A model generated the notes under the pieces. That model searched no databases, had not been told where the DNA came from, and saw only the letters and a list, made by a program, of their open reading frames with translations. A program made the translations under genes and the position numbers. From Vampirovibrionaceae bacterium NZW_1234 (GTDB lineage Bacteria > Cyanobacteriota > Vampirovibrionia > Vampirovibrionales > JAGQHJ01), in NCBI GenBank assembly GCA_041697335.1, contig JBGUGD010000016.1, positions 32,001 through 96,000 on the forward strand: a stretch of 64,000 bases of DNA. The letters are read 5' to 3'. Position 1 is the first letter of the stretch. Each line of letters starts with the position of its first letter. This document shows positions 48,879 to 59,904 of this stretch, piece by piece.

Positions 48879-49937
48879 CTAATTCTGTTGCACCGGTTCG
48901 TGGTGCGTTGCCGTCTCGGCAGAGGCAGGGCGATGATCCACCGCATTCCATTTCATGACCACGGTAGCCGTTGCAAGACCTGCACCAAAACCGCACAATA
49001 CCAGCGTCTGGCCAGGAATGATTTGCTTGTCATTAATGGCATCCATCATTGCCAAGGGAATGGACGCGGCAGAGGTGTTGCCATAATTCTCCAGATTCAC
49101 AATCATCTGTTCAGGAGTGATATCCATCCGCTCAGACATAGAGGACATAATGCGGGCATTGGCTTGGTGAAGGACATAGTAATCGACATCGCGAGTGCCG
49201 ATACCCGCTTTCTCCAAGCTAGCTTCAATCAACTTGGGCACATCCCCGACGGCAAACTTAAACACTTCACGGCCGTTCATATAGACAGCCGATTTTTCCT
49301 GAAAGGTTCTGGGTGGGGCCAAAGGACAGTTATCTCGATTAATCGGCAGCTTAATTTCTTGGCCTCGCCCCCCATCTAACATAAAGTCAACGGCCAGAAC
49401 GTCCGTATCGGCGGGGTTTTCTGTGGCCCGTAAAACATAGGCCCCCGCCCCGTCACCAAACAAGACACAGGTATTTCTATCGTACCAGTCTGTGTAGCGC
49501 GAATGACAATCTGAGCCAATAACCAGGGCATTCTTTGCCGTTCCGTTTTCCAGGAATTGAATGGCAATCCCCATGGCATAGATTAAACCGCTACACCCCA
49601 TGGCCACATCAAATCCGAAGGCTCTGGATGCACCAATGCCCTGTTGCACTACCCCACAACCTGCAGGATAGATATAATCCGGGGTTGAACTCGCCAGAAT
49701 GATCAAATCAATGTCTTCACCCTTCATGCCAGCAAACTCAAGAGCATTTTTGGCTGCTGCAATCGCAAAATCTGTCATCAGTTCGTCATGGGCAACAACA
49801 CGACGTGCTTTAAAGCCAGTACGAGTGGTAATCCACTCATCGGAGGTCTCTACCAATGCCGTCAAATCATCATTACGGACCTCATGCGACGGAAGGGCCA
49901 CACCGATTCCGCACATTTTGACGCCGTGTTTACTCAT
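48879..49937 (-). CDS. fabH: Beta-ketoacyl-ACP synthase III
   Basis: WITTRTG, GCSG, LFGDGAGA, HQAN.RI, YGNTSAASIP. Confidence 0.96.
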   Translation of the reverse strand: MSKHGVKMCGIGVALPSHEVRNDDLTALVETSDEWITTRTGFKARRVVAHDELMTDFAIAAAKNALEFAGMKGEDIDLIILASSTPDYIYPAGCGVVQQGIGASRAFGFDVAMGCSGLIYAMGIAIQFLENGTAKNALVIGSDCHSRYTDWYDRNTCVLFGDGAGAYVLRATENPADTDVLAVDFMLDGGRGQEIKLPINRDNCPLAPPRTFQEKSAVYMNGREVFKFAVGDVPKLIEASLEKAGIGTRDVDYYVLHQANARIMSSMSERMDITPEQMIVNLENYGNTSAASIPLAMMDAINDKQIIPGQTLVLCGFGAGLATATVVMKWNAVDHRPASAETATHHEPVQQN

Positions 49938-49940
49938 AAT

Positions 49941-50963
49941 CTACAGACATCCTTCCAACACTTTCTGCTCAATTTTGCCAATGACATTCTGTTCAATCGC
50001 TTCTCGGGTCACGCGAATTGCATTTTCGATGGCGTAGGCATTGCTGCCCCCATGACCAATAACACAAATTCCTTTAACACCCAATAAAAGCGCCCCCCCA
50101 AACTCTTCATCCGAGACGCGACGCTTGATGTGCTTCATGGCAGGCTTCATCAACAACGCGCCGGCACGAGACTTCAGGGTTCGAGTTGCCTCTTCTTTAA
50201 ACAGTTTCATCACCATCTTGCCAATGCCTTCAGCTGTTTTAAGGGCAATATTACCCGTAAATCCGTCACACACAACCACATCGGCAGATCCATCAAAAAG
50301 GTGCTTGCCCTCAATATTCCCGATGAAGTTCAGCTCATCATGCTGCTCCAAAAGCTTAAACGTGGACAAGGCAAAGCTATTACCTTTACTCGGCTCCTCT
50401 CCAATATTCAAGAGCCCAATCCGAGGTTTATCCACGTGTAGAACAGCTTTTGAAAAAATACTACCCATTCTGGCAAACTGTAACAGCATCTCAGGAATAC
50501 AATCAGCATTAGCACCACAATCCAGGAGAACGCATGGGGTTTTATGGGTTGTTGGCAAAACAACTGCAATGGCAGGACGATCCACACCCTCAATACGCCC
50601 CATGTTAAATAGGGCTGCCGCCATGGCAGCACCCGTATTTCCGGCAGCAACCAAACCTTGAGACTCTCCTTTGGCAACACAATTGCTGGCCACCACTACC
50701 GAGGCATCCTTTTTCTTACGTAAAGCCGTTGCTGGGGACTCCCCCATCTCAATGGACTCCATTGCCGGAACGATTTGATAGTGACCCCCTTTGACATCCA
50801 AGGTGTCCAACTCGGCTTGAATTTTATCCGGATGCCCCACCAGTTGCAGGGCAACATCATACTTACGACCTCCTTGTATGGCACCCTTCACAATTTCCTG
50901 GGGCGCAAAGTCCCCACCCATACAATCGATCGCAATAGAAATCTGTTGTTGCTGGTCCGTCAT
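49941..50963 (-). CDS. plsX: Phosphate acyltransferase
   Basis: IAIDCMGGDFAP, AGNTGA, DCGAN, CDGFTGN, HG. Confidence 0.96.
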   Translation of the reverse strand: MTDQQQQISIAIDCMGGDFAPQEIVKGAIQGGRKYDVALQLVGHPDKIQAELDTLDVKGGHYQIVPAMESIEMGESPATALRKKKDASVVVASNCVAKGESQGLVAAGNTGAAMAAALFNMGRIEGVDRPAIAVVLPTTHKTPCVLLDCGANADCIPEMLLQFARMGSIFSKAVLHVDKPRIGLLNIGEEPSKGNSFALSTFKLLEQHDELNFIGNIEGKHLFDGSADVVVCDGFTGNIALKTAEGIGKMVMKLFKEEATRTLKSRAGALLMKPAMKHIKRRVSDEEFGGALLLGVKGICVIGHGGSNAYAIENAIRVTREAIEQNVIGKIEQKVLEGCL

Positions 50964-51050
50964 GCGACATCCAATTCGTGTCTCTCGAGCCCTACAAATC
51001 AACCGTTTGTAAAAGCACCTTCGAGATTATACGACAATTCTGACGTCAAT

Positions 51051-51236
51051 TTAGGAAATACCAAAGCGTTCGGAAACTTTTTTCCCGTTGTAATAACCGC
51101 AGGTTTGGCAGACCACATGGGTTAATTTCTTATCGCCACAGTGCGGACAGGTCATTAAGCTGGGAACGGTCGCTTTCCAACAGGAACGACGATGCCCTTG
51201 CTCGGAGTGACCCACTCGTTTCTTGGGAACTGGCAT
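51051..51236 (-). CDS. rpmF: 50S ribosomal protein L32
   Basis: MPVPKKR...CPHCG...H.VCQTCGYY. Confidence 0.95.
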   Translation of the reverse strand: MPVPKKRVGHSEQGHRRSCWKATVPSLMTCPHCGDKKLTHVVCQTCGYYNGKKVSERFGIS

Positions 51237-51433
51237 GATTGATTACCTCGAATCAGATTTAAAGGTCAGTATCACGATAGGACAATACTATGGCAAAAAA
51301 AAATTGAAAGCTCAAGGATTTTCTCATGGCCTAAGGGTTTTCCGCAACGGCCAGACTTTTCTCAAAGCAGACTTAGGCTTTCAAGCTTGAAACTTGCGAA
51401 CCCGCTCAGGCATGAAATCAATACGCCGTTATG

Positions 51434-51853
51434 CTAGGCATGCAGCTCACACTCAGACCGATTGCACAAACGATCGTTGCTGACGGCTATCACTAAAAAT
51501 TGGCGAATCAGGTCTTTGAGATCCAAAACACCATCTGGGCCAATGGTCTCATAATAATCTTCTTCCTGGAGCTCTTTGTCTCCAGGGATCTCATCTAAAA
51601 GGGCCTGATAAACAAACCGCTCTTCAAAATTCCCTTTTGCCCGGCGCTCAAACATTTCACAGCATCGATCACATTCGTCTTCAATCAAGGCATCAAAATG
51701 CCCCGACACCTTCACTCCTGTTGCGTTTAATTCACAGTGAGCGGCCACTTGTACTGGATTTTTGACGGGCAAGTCTTCAAATTCATAGGCGTCTCGCACC
51801 GTGACCTCCCGCTGCCCAGCACGAATTAAATCCTTTAGTTTTAATTTATCCAT
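51434..51853 (-). CDS. YceD/DUF177 family protein
   Basis: ECDRC motif; canonical position upstream of rpmF-plsX. Confidence 0.85.
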   Translation of the reverse strand: MDKLKLKDLIRAGQREVTVRDAYEFEDLPVKNPVQVAAHCELNATGVKVSGHFDALIEDECDRCCEMFERRAKGNFEERFVYQALLDEIPGDKELQEEDYYETIGPDGVLDLKDLIRQFLVIAVSNDRLCNRSECELHA

Positions 51854-51985
51854 CGCTATTCGCTTTGTTTTCCCATCGTCAACAGAGTATGTTTACGGTA
51901 TGAATGATAAGAATGAAATGAGACAGTTGTATCATAGTTGCCAGGGTTTGAAAATTCAGGCCCCCAAATAGAGAGATCCTTAATC

Positions 51986-53038
51986 ATGAGTCTGTTGACC
52001 CAAACCACCATGCACGCTGCCGTGATGACCCCGGACAAAAGTATTCGGGTCTGTGATTTGATTCGCCCTGAAATTCCTTCCGGCGGTGCCCTTGTTCGAG
52101 TCCTTGGTTGCGGCCTGTGTGGTTCTGACCTGGATAAATGGGCCCATCGTCAAACCGATACGGCTATTGTCCTGGGCCATGAAGTTGTAGGGGTCTTGGA
52201 TACCCTTTCTCCTGAAGCCCAAAAGCAATTCCCTCATCTTTTGCCAGGTCAGCGTGTTGCTATTGCTCACCATGTACCCTGTCAACAATGCCACTATTGC
52301 CTACATGGCAGCCCCTCTATGTGTCCTAGTTTCAAAGAAAGCAATATTTTGCCCGGCGGGTTTGCTCAATACATTGCCATTACAGACGAGCATTTGGCAC
52401 ATACCGTGTTTCCACTCCCGGATCATCTTTCTGACTCAGGAGGAAGCTGCATTGAACCTTTAGCTTGCTGCATTCGTGCCATTGACAGACTGCCCTCTGA
52501 AGCCGGTTCATCTTTAGCGATTATAGGACTTGGATTTATCGGCTTATTAACTGCCCAATATGCTAAACTACGTGGACTGAACACCTACGGGCTAGATCTA
52601 AAACCCGATCGGGTTTCTTTGGGCGTCTCTCATCAGATGATTCATCGAGCAAGCGACTCTCCTGATCTCTTTGTAGACACTTTACATCAGGCAACCCAAG
52701 GTCGCGGAGCCGATATGGTGTTTCTCTCCGTGGTAACTCCCGCAACCATCGAGCTGGCATTGAAGTCTGTTCGCAATGGGGGCACGATTATGCTGTTTGC
52801 TTCATCAGCGCAAAACACGCCATTAATAAACCAAAACACCCTTTATTTTCGAGAAATTACTGTAATGACAAGCTATTCCCCATCTCTCACTCAGTTACAA
52901 CTGGCTTCCGATTTAATTATCAGTCAACAAATTCAGGTTGAGCCCCTGATTAGTCATCAATTCCCCCTAGAACAGTTAGTTGATGCCTTTAAGCTATATC
53001 AAAAAGGAGAGGCTCTGAAAGCCTTTATCACGGTATGA
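51986..53038 (+). CDS. Zinc-dependent medium-chain dehydrogenase
   Basis: CGSD, GHE, CxxCxxC...C, EPLAC, GLGFIG. Confidence 0.92.
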   Translation: MSLLTQTTMHAAVMTPDKSIRVCDLIRPEIPSGGALVRVLGCGLCGSDLDKWAHRQTDTAIVLGHEVVGVLDTLSPEAQKQFPHLLPGQRVAIAHHVPCQQCHYCLHGSPSMCPSFKESNILPGGFAQYIAITDEHLAHTVFPLPDHLSDSGGSCIEPLACCIRAIDRLPSEAGSSLAIIGLGFIGLLTAQYAKLRGLNTYGLDLKPDRVSLGVSHQMIHRASDSPDLFVDTLHQATQGRGADMVFLSVVTPATIELALKSVRNGGTIMLFASSAQNTPLINQNTLYFREITVMTSYSPSLTQLQLASDLIISQQIQVEPLISHQFPLEQLVDAFKLYQKGEALKAFITV

Positions 53039-54108
53039 CCCTACTCGCCTCAAATGCCCTTACTCAGACCAAAACCATGAAAGCAGCCAGATTCTATGCC
53101 CCTGGGGATGTGCGTTATGAGGACACTCCTTGCCCTCTGGCAGGACCCGGCGAATTGGTTATTCAGATAAATACGGCGTTGACCTGCGGAACGGATCTGA
53201 AAACCTACCGACGGGGGCACCCGGTTCTCATTAAGACCTACCCATCACCTTTTGGTCATGAAGGCGCGGGCACGGTTGTGAGTGTTGGCGATAATGTCAC
53301 ACGGTTTCACATGGGCGATCGGGTTGTGGCAGCCAATTCAGCCCCGTGTATGGCATGCTTTTTCTGCCAAAAAGACCAGTATAACCTTTGTGAGCACTTG
53401 GACCTACTTAACGGAACCTATGCACAGTACCTGAAACTTCCAGCCCGTATTGTCGAACACAATACTCATCTGCTGCCCGATACCGTCAGTTTCGATGCTG
53501 CTGCATTCTGTGAGCCTTTGGCCGTCAGCGTTCGGGGTATTGAAGCGTGCAACATTCAGCCTGGCGACCGCGTCGCTGTTATCGGCTTAGGTGCCATCGG
53601 CTTAATGATGCTCAAGCTTGCCAAACTTAAAGGCGCAAGCACCGTTGCACTGGGAAGAAGCTCCCTCAAGCGGACCATGGCGCAAGACTTTGCCCAAGCG
53701 GATGGGGTTATCGATATGACGGAGCCCATTGATCTTCAGACGGTTCTTTCTCAGTACACACCCCACGGTTATGGATTTGATGTGGTCATTGAAGCGGTTG
53801 GTCAAACCCATACCTGGGAAATGGCTTTAAACCTAGTGCGACGTGGCGGCTTGGTCAATTTATTCGGAGGGTGCGAATCTGGTAGTACTATGGCTTTAGA
53901 TACCCGTCGTCTTCATTATGATGAAATTACCTTAGTCAGTCCATTTCACCATACTCCCCGGCATGTCAAAGAGGCGTTGGAGTGGATTAATTCAGGAATG
54001 ATCGATCCAACACCACTGATTACCCATGAGCGCTCTCTCTCCCAGGTTCCTGAAGCATTAAACCTTGTTGCCAGTGGGACGGCTCTAAAAGTCGCAATCC
54101 GACCCTGA
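53035..54108 (+). CDS. Zinc-dependent medium-chain dehydrogenase
   Basis: TCGTD, GHE, CxxCxxC...C, EPLA, GLGAIG; overlaps the previous gene at ATGA. Confidence 0.92.
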   Translation: MTLLASNALTQTKTMKAARFYAPGDVRYEDTPCPLAGPGELVIQINTALTCGTDLKTYRRGHPVLIKTYPSPFGHEGAGTVVSVGDNVTRFHMGDRVVAANSAPCMACFFCQKDQYNLCEHLDLLNGTYAQYLKLPARIVEHNTHLLPDTVSFDAAAFCEPLAVSVRGIEACNIQPGDRVAVIGLGAIGLMMLKLAKLKGASTVALGRSSLKRTMAQDFAQADGVIDMTEPIDLQTVLSQYTPHGYGFDVVIEAVGQTHTWEMALNLVRRGGLVNLFGGCESGSTMALDTRRLHYDEITLVSPFHHTPRHVKEALEWINSGMIDPTPLITHERSLSQVPEALNLVASGTALKVAIRP

Positions 54109-54194
54109 GATTAAGCCCTATTTCTGTTGAGCGGTTGTCCCTATTCCTGCTTTTCAGTACGATGGAGATATTGCCGTTCACAAGAGTTCGTTTT

Positions 54195-54899
54195 ATGACC
54201 CGACGTCTGCTTTTACATGTCTTGACCGTCCTTGCTCTTACTAGCGCTATACCTGCATTTGGTGAGGCCTGCGGCGAACTACCCTCCAAATTTTCCCGTC
54301 CTACTTGTTCGCAAGACACCTTACAATACAGCCTTTGCTTAAACCCAAATCTTCAAGAAGCCTTTAAAACAGTCGAGAGTCCGGCCTATAAATTAACCTT
54401 CAATCAAGTCGTTCGTCAGGCTCAAGCCTACCTGGAAGATATTGCTCCAGCCCCCAATAAAGTGGTCATTACTGATTTAGACGAAACATTGGTCAGTAAC
54501 TTGGGGTATTACAAACGCTATCAGCGATTTGCTCCTGAGCATTGGCAAAGCTGGCTCCGTGTTCAAACTCCGGCCACCTATTTTCCTGCGGTACGTCAAC
54601 TGCTATTGAGCGCCAAGGCTCGCGGTTTTAAAGTGATGTTTATTACAGGTCGCTCGGCAGAACACGCCACTGCGACATTGCACCAAATACCAGACATCCC
54701 CTGGGATGGGGTATTTTTCAAACCTGGTAACACCGGTGTGTCATCGAATCAATATAAAATCCAAGCTCGCCAAATGCTACGGAACCTCGGCTATGAGATA
54801 GTGCTCAATATTGGTGATCAGCCTAGCGACTTTGACCAACCCATTGACCCTGAGGCCGGCGAGTTTCTCCTGCCCAACGTCATTTATAGCATTCCTTAA
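54195..54899 (+). CDS. Exported HAD-superfamily acid phosphatase
   Basis: Signal peptide; DLDET, ITGR, IGDQ.SDF, LPN..Y. Confidence 0.88.
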   Translation: MTRRLLLHVLTVLALTSAIPAFGEACGELPSKFSRPTCSQDTLQYSLCLNPNLQEAFKTVESPAYKLTFNQVVRQAQAYLEDIAPAPNKVVITDLDETLVSNLGYYKRYQRFAPEHWQSWLRVQTPATYFPAVRQLLLSAKARGFKVMFITGRSAEHATATLHQIPDIPWDGVFFKPGNTGVSSNQYKIQARQMLRNLGYEIVLNIGDQPSDFDQPIDPEAGEFLLPNVIYSIP

Positions 54900-54929
54900 G
54901 AAAACTACCTTGACTGTCCTTGGCATCGA

Positions 54930-56306
54930 TTAAATCATTCTGTTCAAGAACAGACTAACCACATATAGAAACACTGAAAAAGTTAATATATCCAGTAGGG
55001 TGGTGATTAAGGGACCACCCACACCCGCAGGATCTTTTTTCGTCAAGGCATTATAGGTATAAGGCAACGCAATTCCCAAAATAGCCGAAAGACAGACGGC
55101 AAAGATAACGGCACAAAAGAGCAGTATACTTAACTCCCAGTGCCGATGTTGAACAAAAGATAACACAGCAACACCAACGGCAAAGCTAAAGCCGGTGATT
55201 AGCCCGACACCAAGTTCCCGCACAAACTTTTCTTTAAAATTCTCTGGGGTAATCAGGTTTAAGGCCAAACCACGAACCGCAATCGTCTCACTTTGGGTTC
55301 CCATATTTCCTGAGAGGCCCGAAAGCAAAGGCATAAAAGAAATTGTTTTAACCGCCGTAGCCACTGTATGACTATGTGAGGCAATGACGGCAGCCGCCAA
55401 GAACTGTCCCACGAGTGTTACCATTAACCAGGGCATTCGTGCCTTAACGGCATTAATCATAGGACCCGTCAGCAGATTCTTCTCATCAATCTGCTCCAGA
55501 CTAATCCCGGAGGCCAGGTAAATATCCTCCGAAGACTCCTCATCAATAATATCGATAATGTCATCCAAGGTAATAATGCCCTGAATGACATGACGATCAT
55601 CGACAACTGGAATCGCCAGGAGGTTATAGTACTTTCGAAATTGTTTGACAACGAGCTCTTGATCTTCAGTCAGCAATACGTATTTAGGCTCAAACTGGGC
55701 AATTTTTTGTAAGGGTGTTTCCGGCGGATGGAGAATGAGTTGCTTTAAGCTCACCACACCCACGAGCTGCTCTTGAACATCCGCGAGATAAATATAATAG
55801 ATAAAGTCCTTTTCTTCAGCTTGTTTCAGCATCTCTTGTGCATCGCCCACAGTAGCATCCACAGGCACTTGCAAAAAGTCTGCCGACATAATTCCAGCAG
55901 CCGTATCCTCTTCCTCCATCATCAGATGATGGATGGTCCGAGTCTCTTCGTCAAAAGGCATTTCCTTCAAAATTTTCTGGCTTTGCTGGGTGTCAAGTTC
56001 TTGAAGCAGATCCACGGCATCATCAGAGGGCATAAAACGCAGAATCTGGCTACTCATCATCGTGGGTAGGCTCGATAAACAAGCAATCTGGCGCTCCTGA
56101 TCCAAACTCGTCAATACTTGGGCAGCTTGGCCGATGTTTAAGTACTGGAAACAGGTCACCAAATCCTCAGGAGGCAAAGATTCCAACACTTCAGCAATGT
56201 CGGCAAAGTTGTGACGGGTTAACAAACGTCGTAAAGCAGACCCATTACGAGTCGTAAGATAGCGCTTAATTTTTTCGTCCAGTTGAGCGACCGACGTGGA
56301 AGGCAT
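54930..56306 (-). CDS. mgtE: Magnesium transporter MgtE
   Basis: N-domain DDAVDLL, CBS pair, RMPWL, GNMGTQS, DPA..GPLITT..D. Confidence 0.94.
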   Translation of the reverse strand: MPSTSVAQLDEKIKRYLTTRNGSALRRLLTRHNFADIAEVLESLPPEDLVTCFQYLNIGQAAQVLTSLDQERQIACLSSLPTMMSSQILRFMPSDDAVDLLQELDTQQSQKILKEMPFDEETRTIHHLMMEEEDTAAGIMSADFLQVPVDATVGDAQEMLKQAEEKDFIYYIYLADVQEQLVGVVSLKQLILHPPETPLQKIAQFEPKYVLLTEDQELVVKQFRKYYNLLAIPVVDDRHVIQGIITLDDIIDIIDEESSEDIYLASGISLEQIDEKNLLTGPMINAVKARMPWLMVTLVGQFLAAAVIASHSHTVATAVKTISFMPLLSGLSGNMGTQSETIAVRGLALNLITPENFKEKFVRELGVGLITGFSFAVGVAVLSFVQHRHWELSILLFCAVIFAVCLSAILGIALPYTYNALTKKDPAGVGGPLITTLLDILTFSVFLYVVSLFLNRMI

Positions 56307-56492
56307 AAGCGTCAATCCTTGTACTGTCTGACCGCACAAATCTTGAAAACAACAGGGGCTGAAAAAACCCAATGATCAAAAAGCGACCTTCGGTTTCATT
56401 GTGCGGAGCAAACGCAGATTATAGGAGCACAGTGTGATATCTACCATAACATCATTACACACAGCGTGCTATCCCAGATGGTTTTGTAGCTC

Positions 56493-56527
56493 AAAAAGAA
56501 CAGGCGCCACCAGAGTGACGCCTGTTC
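56493..56527 (-). terminator. Rho-independent terminator of korAB
   Basis: GAACAGGCGTCAC-TCTG-GTGGCGCCTGTTC followed by TTTTT on the minus strand. Confidence 0.8.
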
Positions 56528-56546
56528 AACATGGTTGTTAAGAGCC

Positions 56547-57530
56547 TTAGTAAGCCGTCGTCGACACTTCAGCATACGCCGCAGTAAGGTCGGTAGTTGG
56601 AACATGGGTTACCGGATCCTCAATGGGCATTTTGGCGCTGACATATTGCTGCAGCAACGGAATGTTGGGTTTAACCCGCTCGATGAAATCAGGCAACTCC
56701 ACTTGGTAGAAGACCCCTAAAGCCACCTGAGGTTCATTGCCTTGAACTTTCTGTATGGCTTGGAGCTTCTTGGCCTGGATTTCTTGAGGGTCACTGGGGT
56801 TATGCACTTTGCCATCATAACCTTGAGCATCCAAGTGATAGGTTCGAGGATACTTGGCTCCGTTAATTTCAACTTCCTCGGCAAACCAATCCTTGGTATG
56901 GAGGTTATTGTAGGTCGGACATGGCTGCAGAACATCTACCAGCGCCATGCCTTTGTGCTCGATGGCTTGCTTAATGGTTGCTTTCAGATGCTTCGCATCG
57001 AACGCGTAGCTGCGTGCCACAAAGGTATAACCGGCAGAGATGGCAATTGCCAACGGATTAATGCCATCGTTCGGGTTTGGCAACGGCAAAGACTTCGGCT
57101 GCGCACCCAACTTCAAAGTGGGAGACGCTTGGCCTTTGGTCAAACCGTAAACTTCGTTGTTGTAAACGATGTACGCCAAATCAACATTCCGACGACCGGC
57201 ATTCAGAAAGTGGCCTGCGCCAATCCCGTAGCCGTCTCCGTCACCGCCTGCTACAACTACCTTTAAATTGGGGTTAGCCAACTTGGAGCCCGTAGCAAAG
57301 GGCAATGAACGACCGTGCAAAGTATGCACACCATAAGTTTTGATGTAGTGAGGTGTTTTACTGGAGCAACCCACACCAGAGTACATCATGACATCAGATG
57401 GCTTCAGCTGTAATTCAGCCATGGCCTGCTGAATGGCGTTGACAATCCCGAAGTCGCCGCAACCGGGGCACCAATCGGGATGCACATCTGACTTGTAATC
57501 TTTGGCTTTGTATTCAACAGTCGATGACAT
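56547..57530 (-). CDS. korB: 2-oxoacid:ferredoxin oxidoreductase beta subunit
   Basis: WCPGCGD, GVGCS, HGR, GGDGD, NNEVYGLTKGQ.SPT, QPC. Confidence 0.93.
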   Translation of the reverse strand: MSSTVEYKAKDYKSDVHPDWCPGCGDFGIVNAIQQAMAELQLKPSDVMMYSGVGCSSKTPHYIKTYGVHTLHGRSLPFATGSKLANPNLKVVVAGGDGDGYGIGAGHFLNAGRRNVDLAYIVYNNEVYGLTKGQASPTLKLGAQPKSLPLPNPNDGINPLAIAISAGYTFVARSYAFDAKHLKATIKQAIEHKGMALVDVLQPCPTYNNLHTKDWFAEEVEINGAKYPRTYHLDAQGYDGKVHNPSDPQEIQAKKLQAIQKVQGNEPQVALGVFYQVELPDFIERVKPNIPLLQQYVSAKMPIEDPVTHVPTTDLTAAYAEVSTTAY

Positions 57531-57531
57531 A

Positions 57532-59364
57532 TTAGTGACCATAGGTTAACACCACTTTCTCTGTCTGCTTCTTAGCAATATCTCGTAACGCATTGACCAC
57601 TTCGGTCTCGGACATTGGACGTCCGGTATACTTGACCACCATGTGATCCATTTTAATACCGGTTTCCATGCGAACCAAGCGAGCCAATTGACCGGTGAAG
57701 TTCTGCTCCACACCGACCTTGACTTTAGCCCGACTTAGGATCTGACTGACCGCTTCGGTGGGGAAGGGGCTCATCAGACGGATTTGAAGCATGTTTACCG
57801 AGATACCATCGCTTTGGAGAATCGGCAGTGCATCCAACACAGGCCCTTTGGTGGAACCCCAGACCACAATGGTCATATCGGCATTCTCTGGTCCGTAGAG
57901 TTTGTACTGCAGATCTTGAGGAATTTCCTTCGCTGCCAGCAAGAGCTTTTTCATCCGCTTACTGTGCATAGGAACCCGAATTTCAGGATCTTCGGCAATA
58001 TGCCCCCAGACATCGTGTTCGTCACCCGTGTTCCAGAAAATCCCATGCTCTTGCCCTGGCAAGGAGCGTTCTGAGACACCATCTTCCGAGTAAGCGAAGC
58101 GAGCAAATTGGCCTTTGTAATCCGGCTGTTGAGCCAACTCAGCCAACTTCTCATCGGTGACCAAACGACCACGATTGATGCGCAACCCACTCTCATCAAT
58201 GGTCGGCACCGTATTGGTGTTGTTAGCCAAGGACTTATCGCAGAGCACGATAACCGGAGTTTGGTATTGATCAGCCCAGTTGAAAGCATGGAACGAGTCG
58301 TAGAAGCACTCGCTCATATCCCCGGGAGCAATCACAATTTTCGGGAATTCACCATGGCCGATGAACAAGCTGTAAAGCAGGTCACCTTGTTCGTGACGGG
58401 TCGGTAATCCCGTTGATGGGCCGCCACGCTGGTAGTTATAGACAACGACAGGAACTTCATTAATACCAGCCCAGCCAAGGCCTTCAGCTTTGAGGCCGAA
58501 ACCAGGACCAGAAGAAGAGGTTGCAGCACGCACACCGGTTAAGGCAGCGCCCACAGCCATACAACACGCGGCAATTTCATCTTCGCACTGGACCACATTG
58601 ATACCATATTCCGGATGACCTTCCAGATAAACACTTTCGTCACTGGCTGGTGTAATGGGGTAGTAGGACTGGAAGCGGCAACCCGCTTTCAACTTACCTA
58701 AAGCCGCCGCAGTGGTTCCGTTCAATATCAGACGGGCTGGAGCATCAGGCACAGCACTAATACGGTAGGGGAAAGCGTCGATAAGTTCTTGAGCAATAAC
58801 GGCGTAGGCTTTCTCTGCCACTTTCATATTCAAGGGCACCAACTTGGCCTTGCTGCCTGTAAAAATGCCTTTTAAAGCTTTCTCAATGTATTGGATATCA
58901 AACTTACACATCGCCAACGAAGCCGCCACAGCGATGGTATTTTTCATAATCTGCAGCTTGGCAACAGGCTGACCTGTTTCAGCAGCCACTTCTTCGAGGA
59001 TCTGCGAGTAAGGTAAAGCGAGGGTTTTAACACCAGGAGCCAAGTCCAGATTTTCCAGCTTGGTGACATTGGCATCATAAAAGAAATAACCACCTTCAAC
59101 CACTTCATGGGCGTGAATTCGAGCGGTTTCATCATCGAAAGTGGCCAGCAGGTGAATGGGGTCAACGTGGGAGTGCACCGGCGATTCACTCACGCGAACT
59201 TGAAAATAACTGTGCTCACCCATAATGTTGGAGTGGTATTCCCGTTTTCCGTAGACGTTTAGACCGGCAACGGCACAAGCACGGATAAAGAGCGTGGCGG
59301 AAGAGTCCACCCCGGTTCCTTGTGGGCCACCAATCATCCACGAAAACTGGTTGGTGATTTCCAT
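57532..59364 (-). CDS. korA: 2-oxoacid:ferredoxin oxidoreductase alpha(+gamma) subunit
   Basis: GGPQG.G, YPITPAS, EDEIAA, SSGPG, QRGGPSTGLPT..EQ.D. Confidence 0.93.
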   Translation of the reverse strand: MEITNQFSWMIGGPQGTGVDSSATLFIRACAVAGLNVYGKREYHSNIMGEHSYFQVRVSESPVHSHVDPIHLLATFDDETARIHAHEVVEGGYFFYDANVTKLENLDLAPGVKTLALPYSQILEEVAAETGQPVAKLQIMKNTIAVAASLAMCKFDIQYIEKALKGIFTGSKAKLVPLNMKVAEKAYAVIAQELIDAFPYRISAVPDAPARLILNGTTAAALGKLKAGCRFQSYYPITPASDESVYLEGHPEYGINVVQCEDEIAACCMAVGAALTGVRAATSSSGPGFGLKAEGLGWAGINEVPVVVYNYQRGGPSTGLPTRHEQGDLLYSLFIGHGEFPKIVIAPGDMSECFYDSFHAFNWADQYQTPVIVLCDKSLANNTNTVPTIDESGLRINRGRLVTDEKLAELAQQPDYKGQFARFAYSEDGVSERSLPGQEHGIFWNTGDEHDVWGHIAEDPEIRVPMHSKRMKKLLLAAKEIPQDLQYKLYGPENADMTIVVWGSTKGPVLDALPILQSDGISVNMLQIRLMSPFPTEAVSQILSRAKVKVGVEQNFTGQLARLVRMETGIKMDHMVVKYTGRPMSETEVVNALRDIAKKQTEKVVLTYGH

Positions 59365-59904
59365 AGATAACCTACCTTCTTTTAAACATTGCTATCTGAC
59401 TGAACGGTTATAAGTCGTTAGTATTTCGTAAACATGGGAAAAAGTGAAGGTTGCCGTTAATACGGCGCCTTAAATAGTAGGACGAAAGGCCTCTAGGGGT
59501 CAAGGCTTTGCCTCTTTGCCGTTCTAATACGCAATAGCCAAGAGACATCCATATCGTATAAGCAACCATAGCTGTTTTTCTTCTGGCACGACCATTTAAA
59601 CTTCAAGAGATTCTACACCATGGTGTCTTTTATGACTGTGATTTGACAGAAATCTTCTTCATTCAACGGTGTCAAAACTCTGTTCTATCACGTTGCAACA
59701 CGTGCTATTCAAAAAACTTGAGGCAAGTCGGACATAGGGATCCTCAACTCCCACGTGATCACAAGACATTCTGTTTACAAAACGTAACAACCTATCACAA
59801 GACAACTCATTGATTGTTTTTATACACTTGAGAGTTAGTCTCTATTCCCATGCCTGCCAGAAAAAGATAAGTGAGAGCCAGATTTTAGGAAGGAGAGTTC
59901 ATTG

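Noticed and set aside
56307..56490. M-box (Mg2+) riboswitch upstream of mgtE
   Set aside because: No recognisable ykoK consensus or leader terminator was seen.
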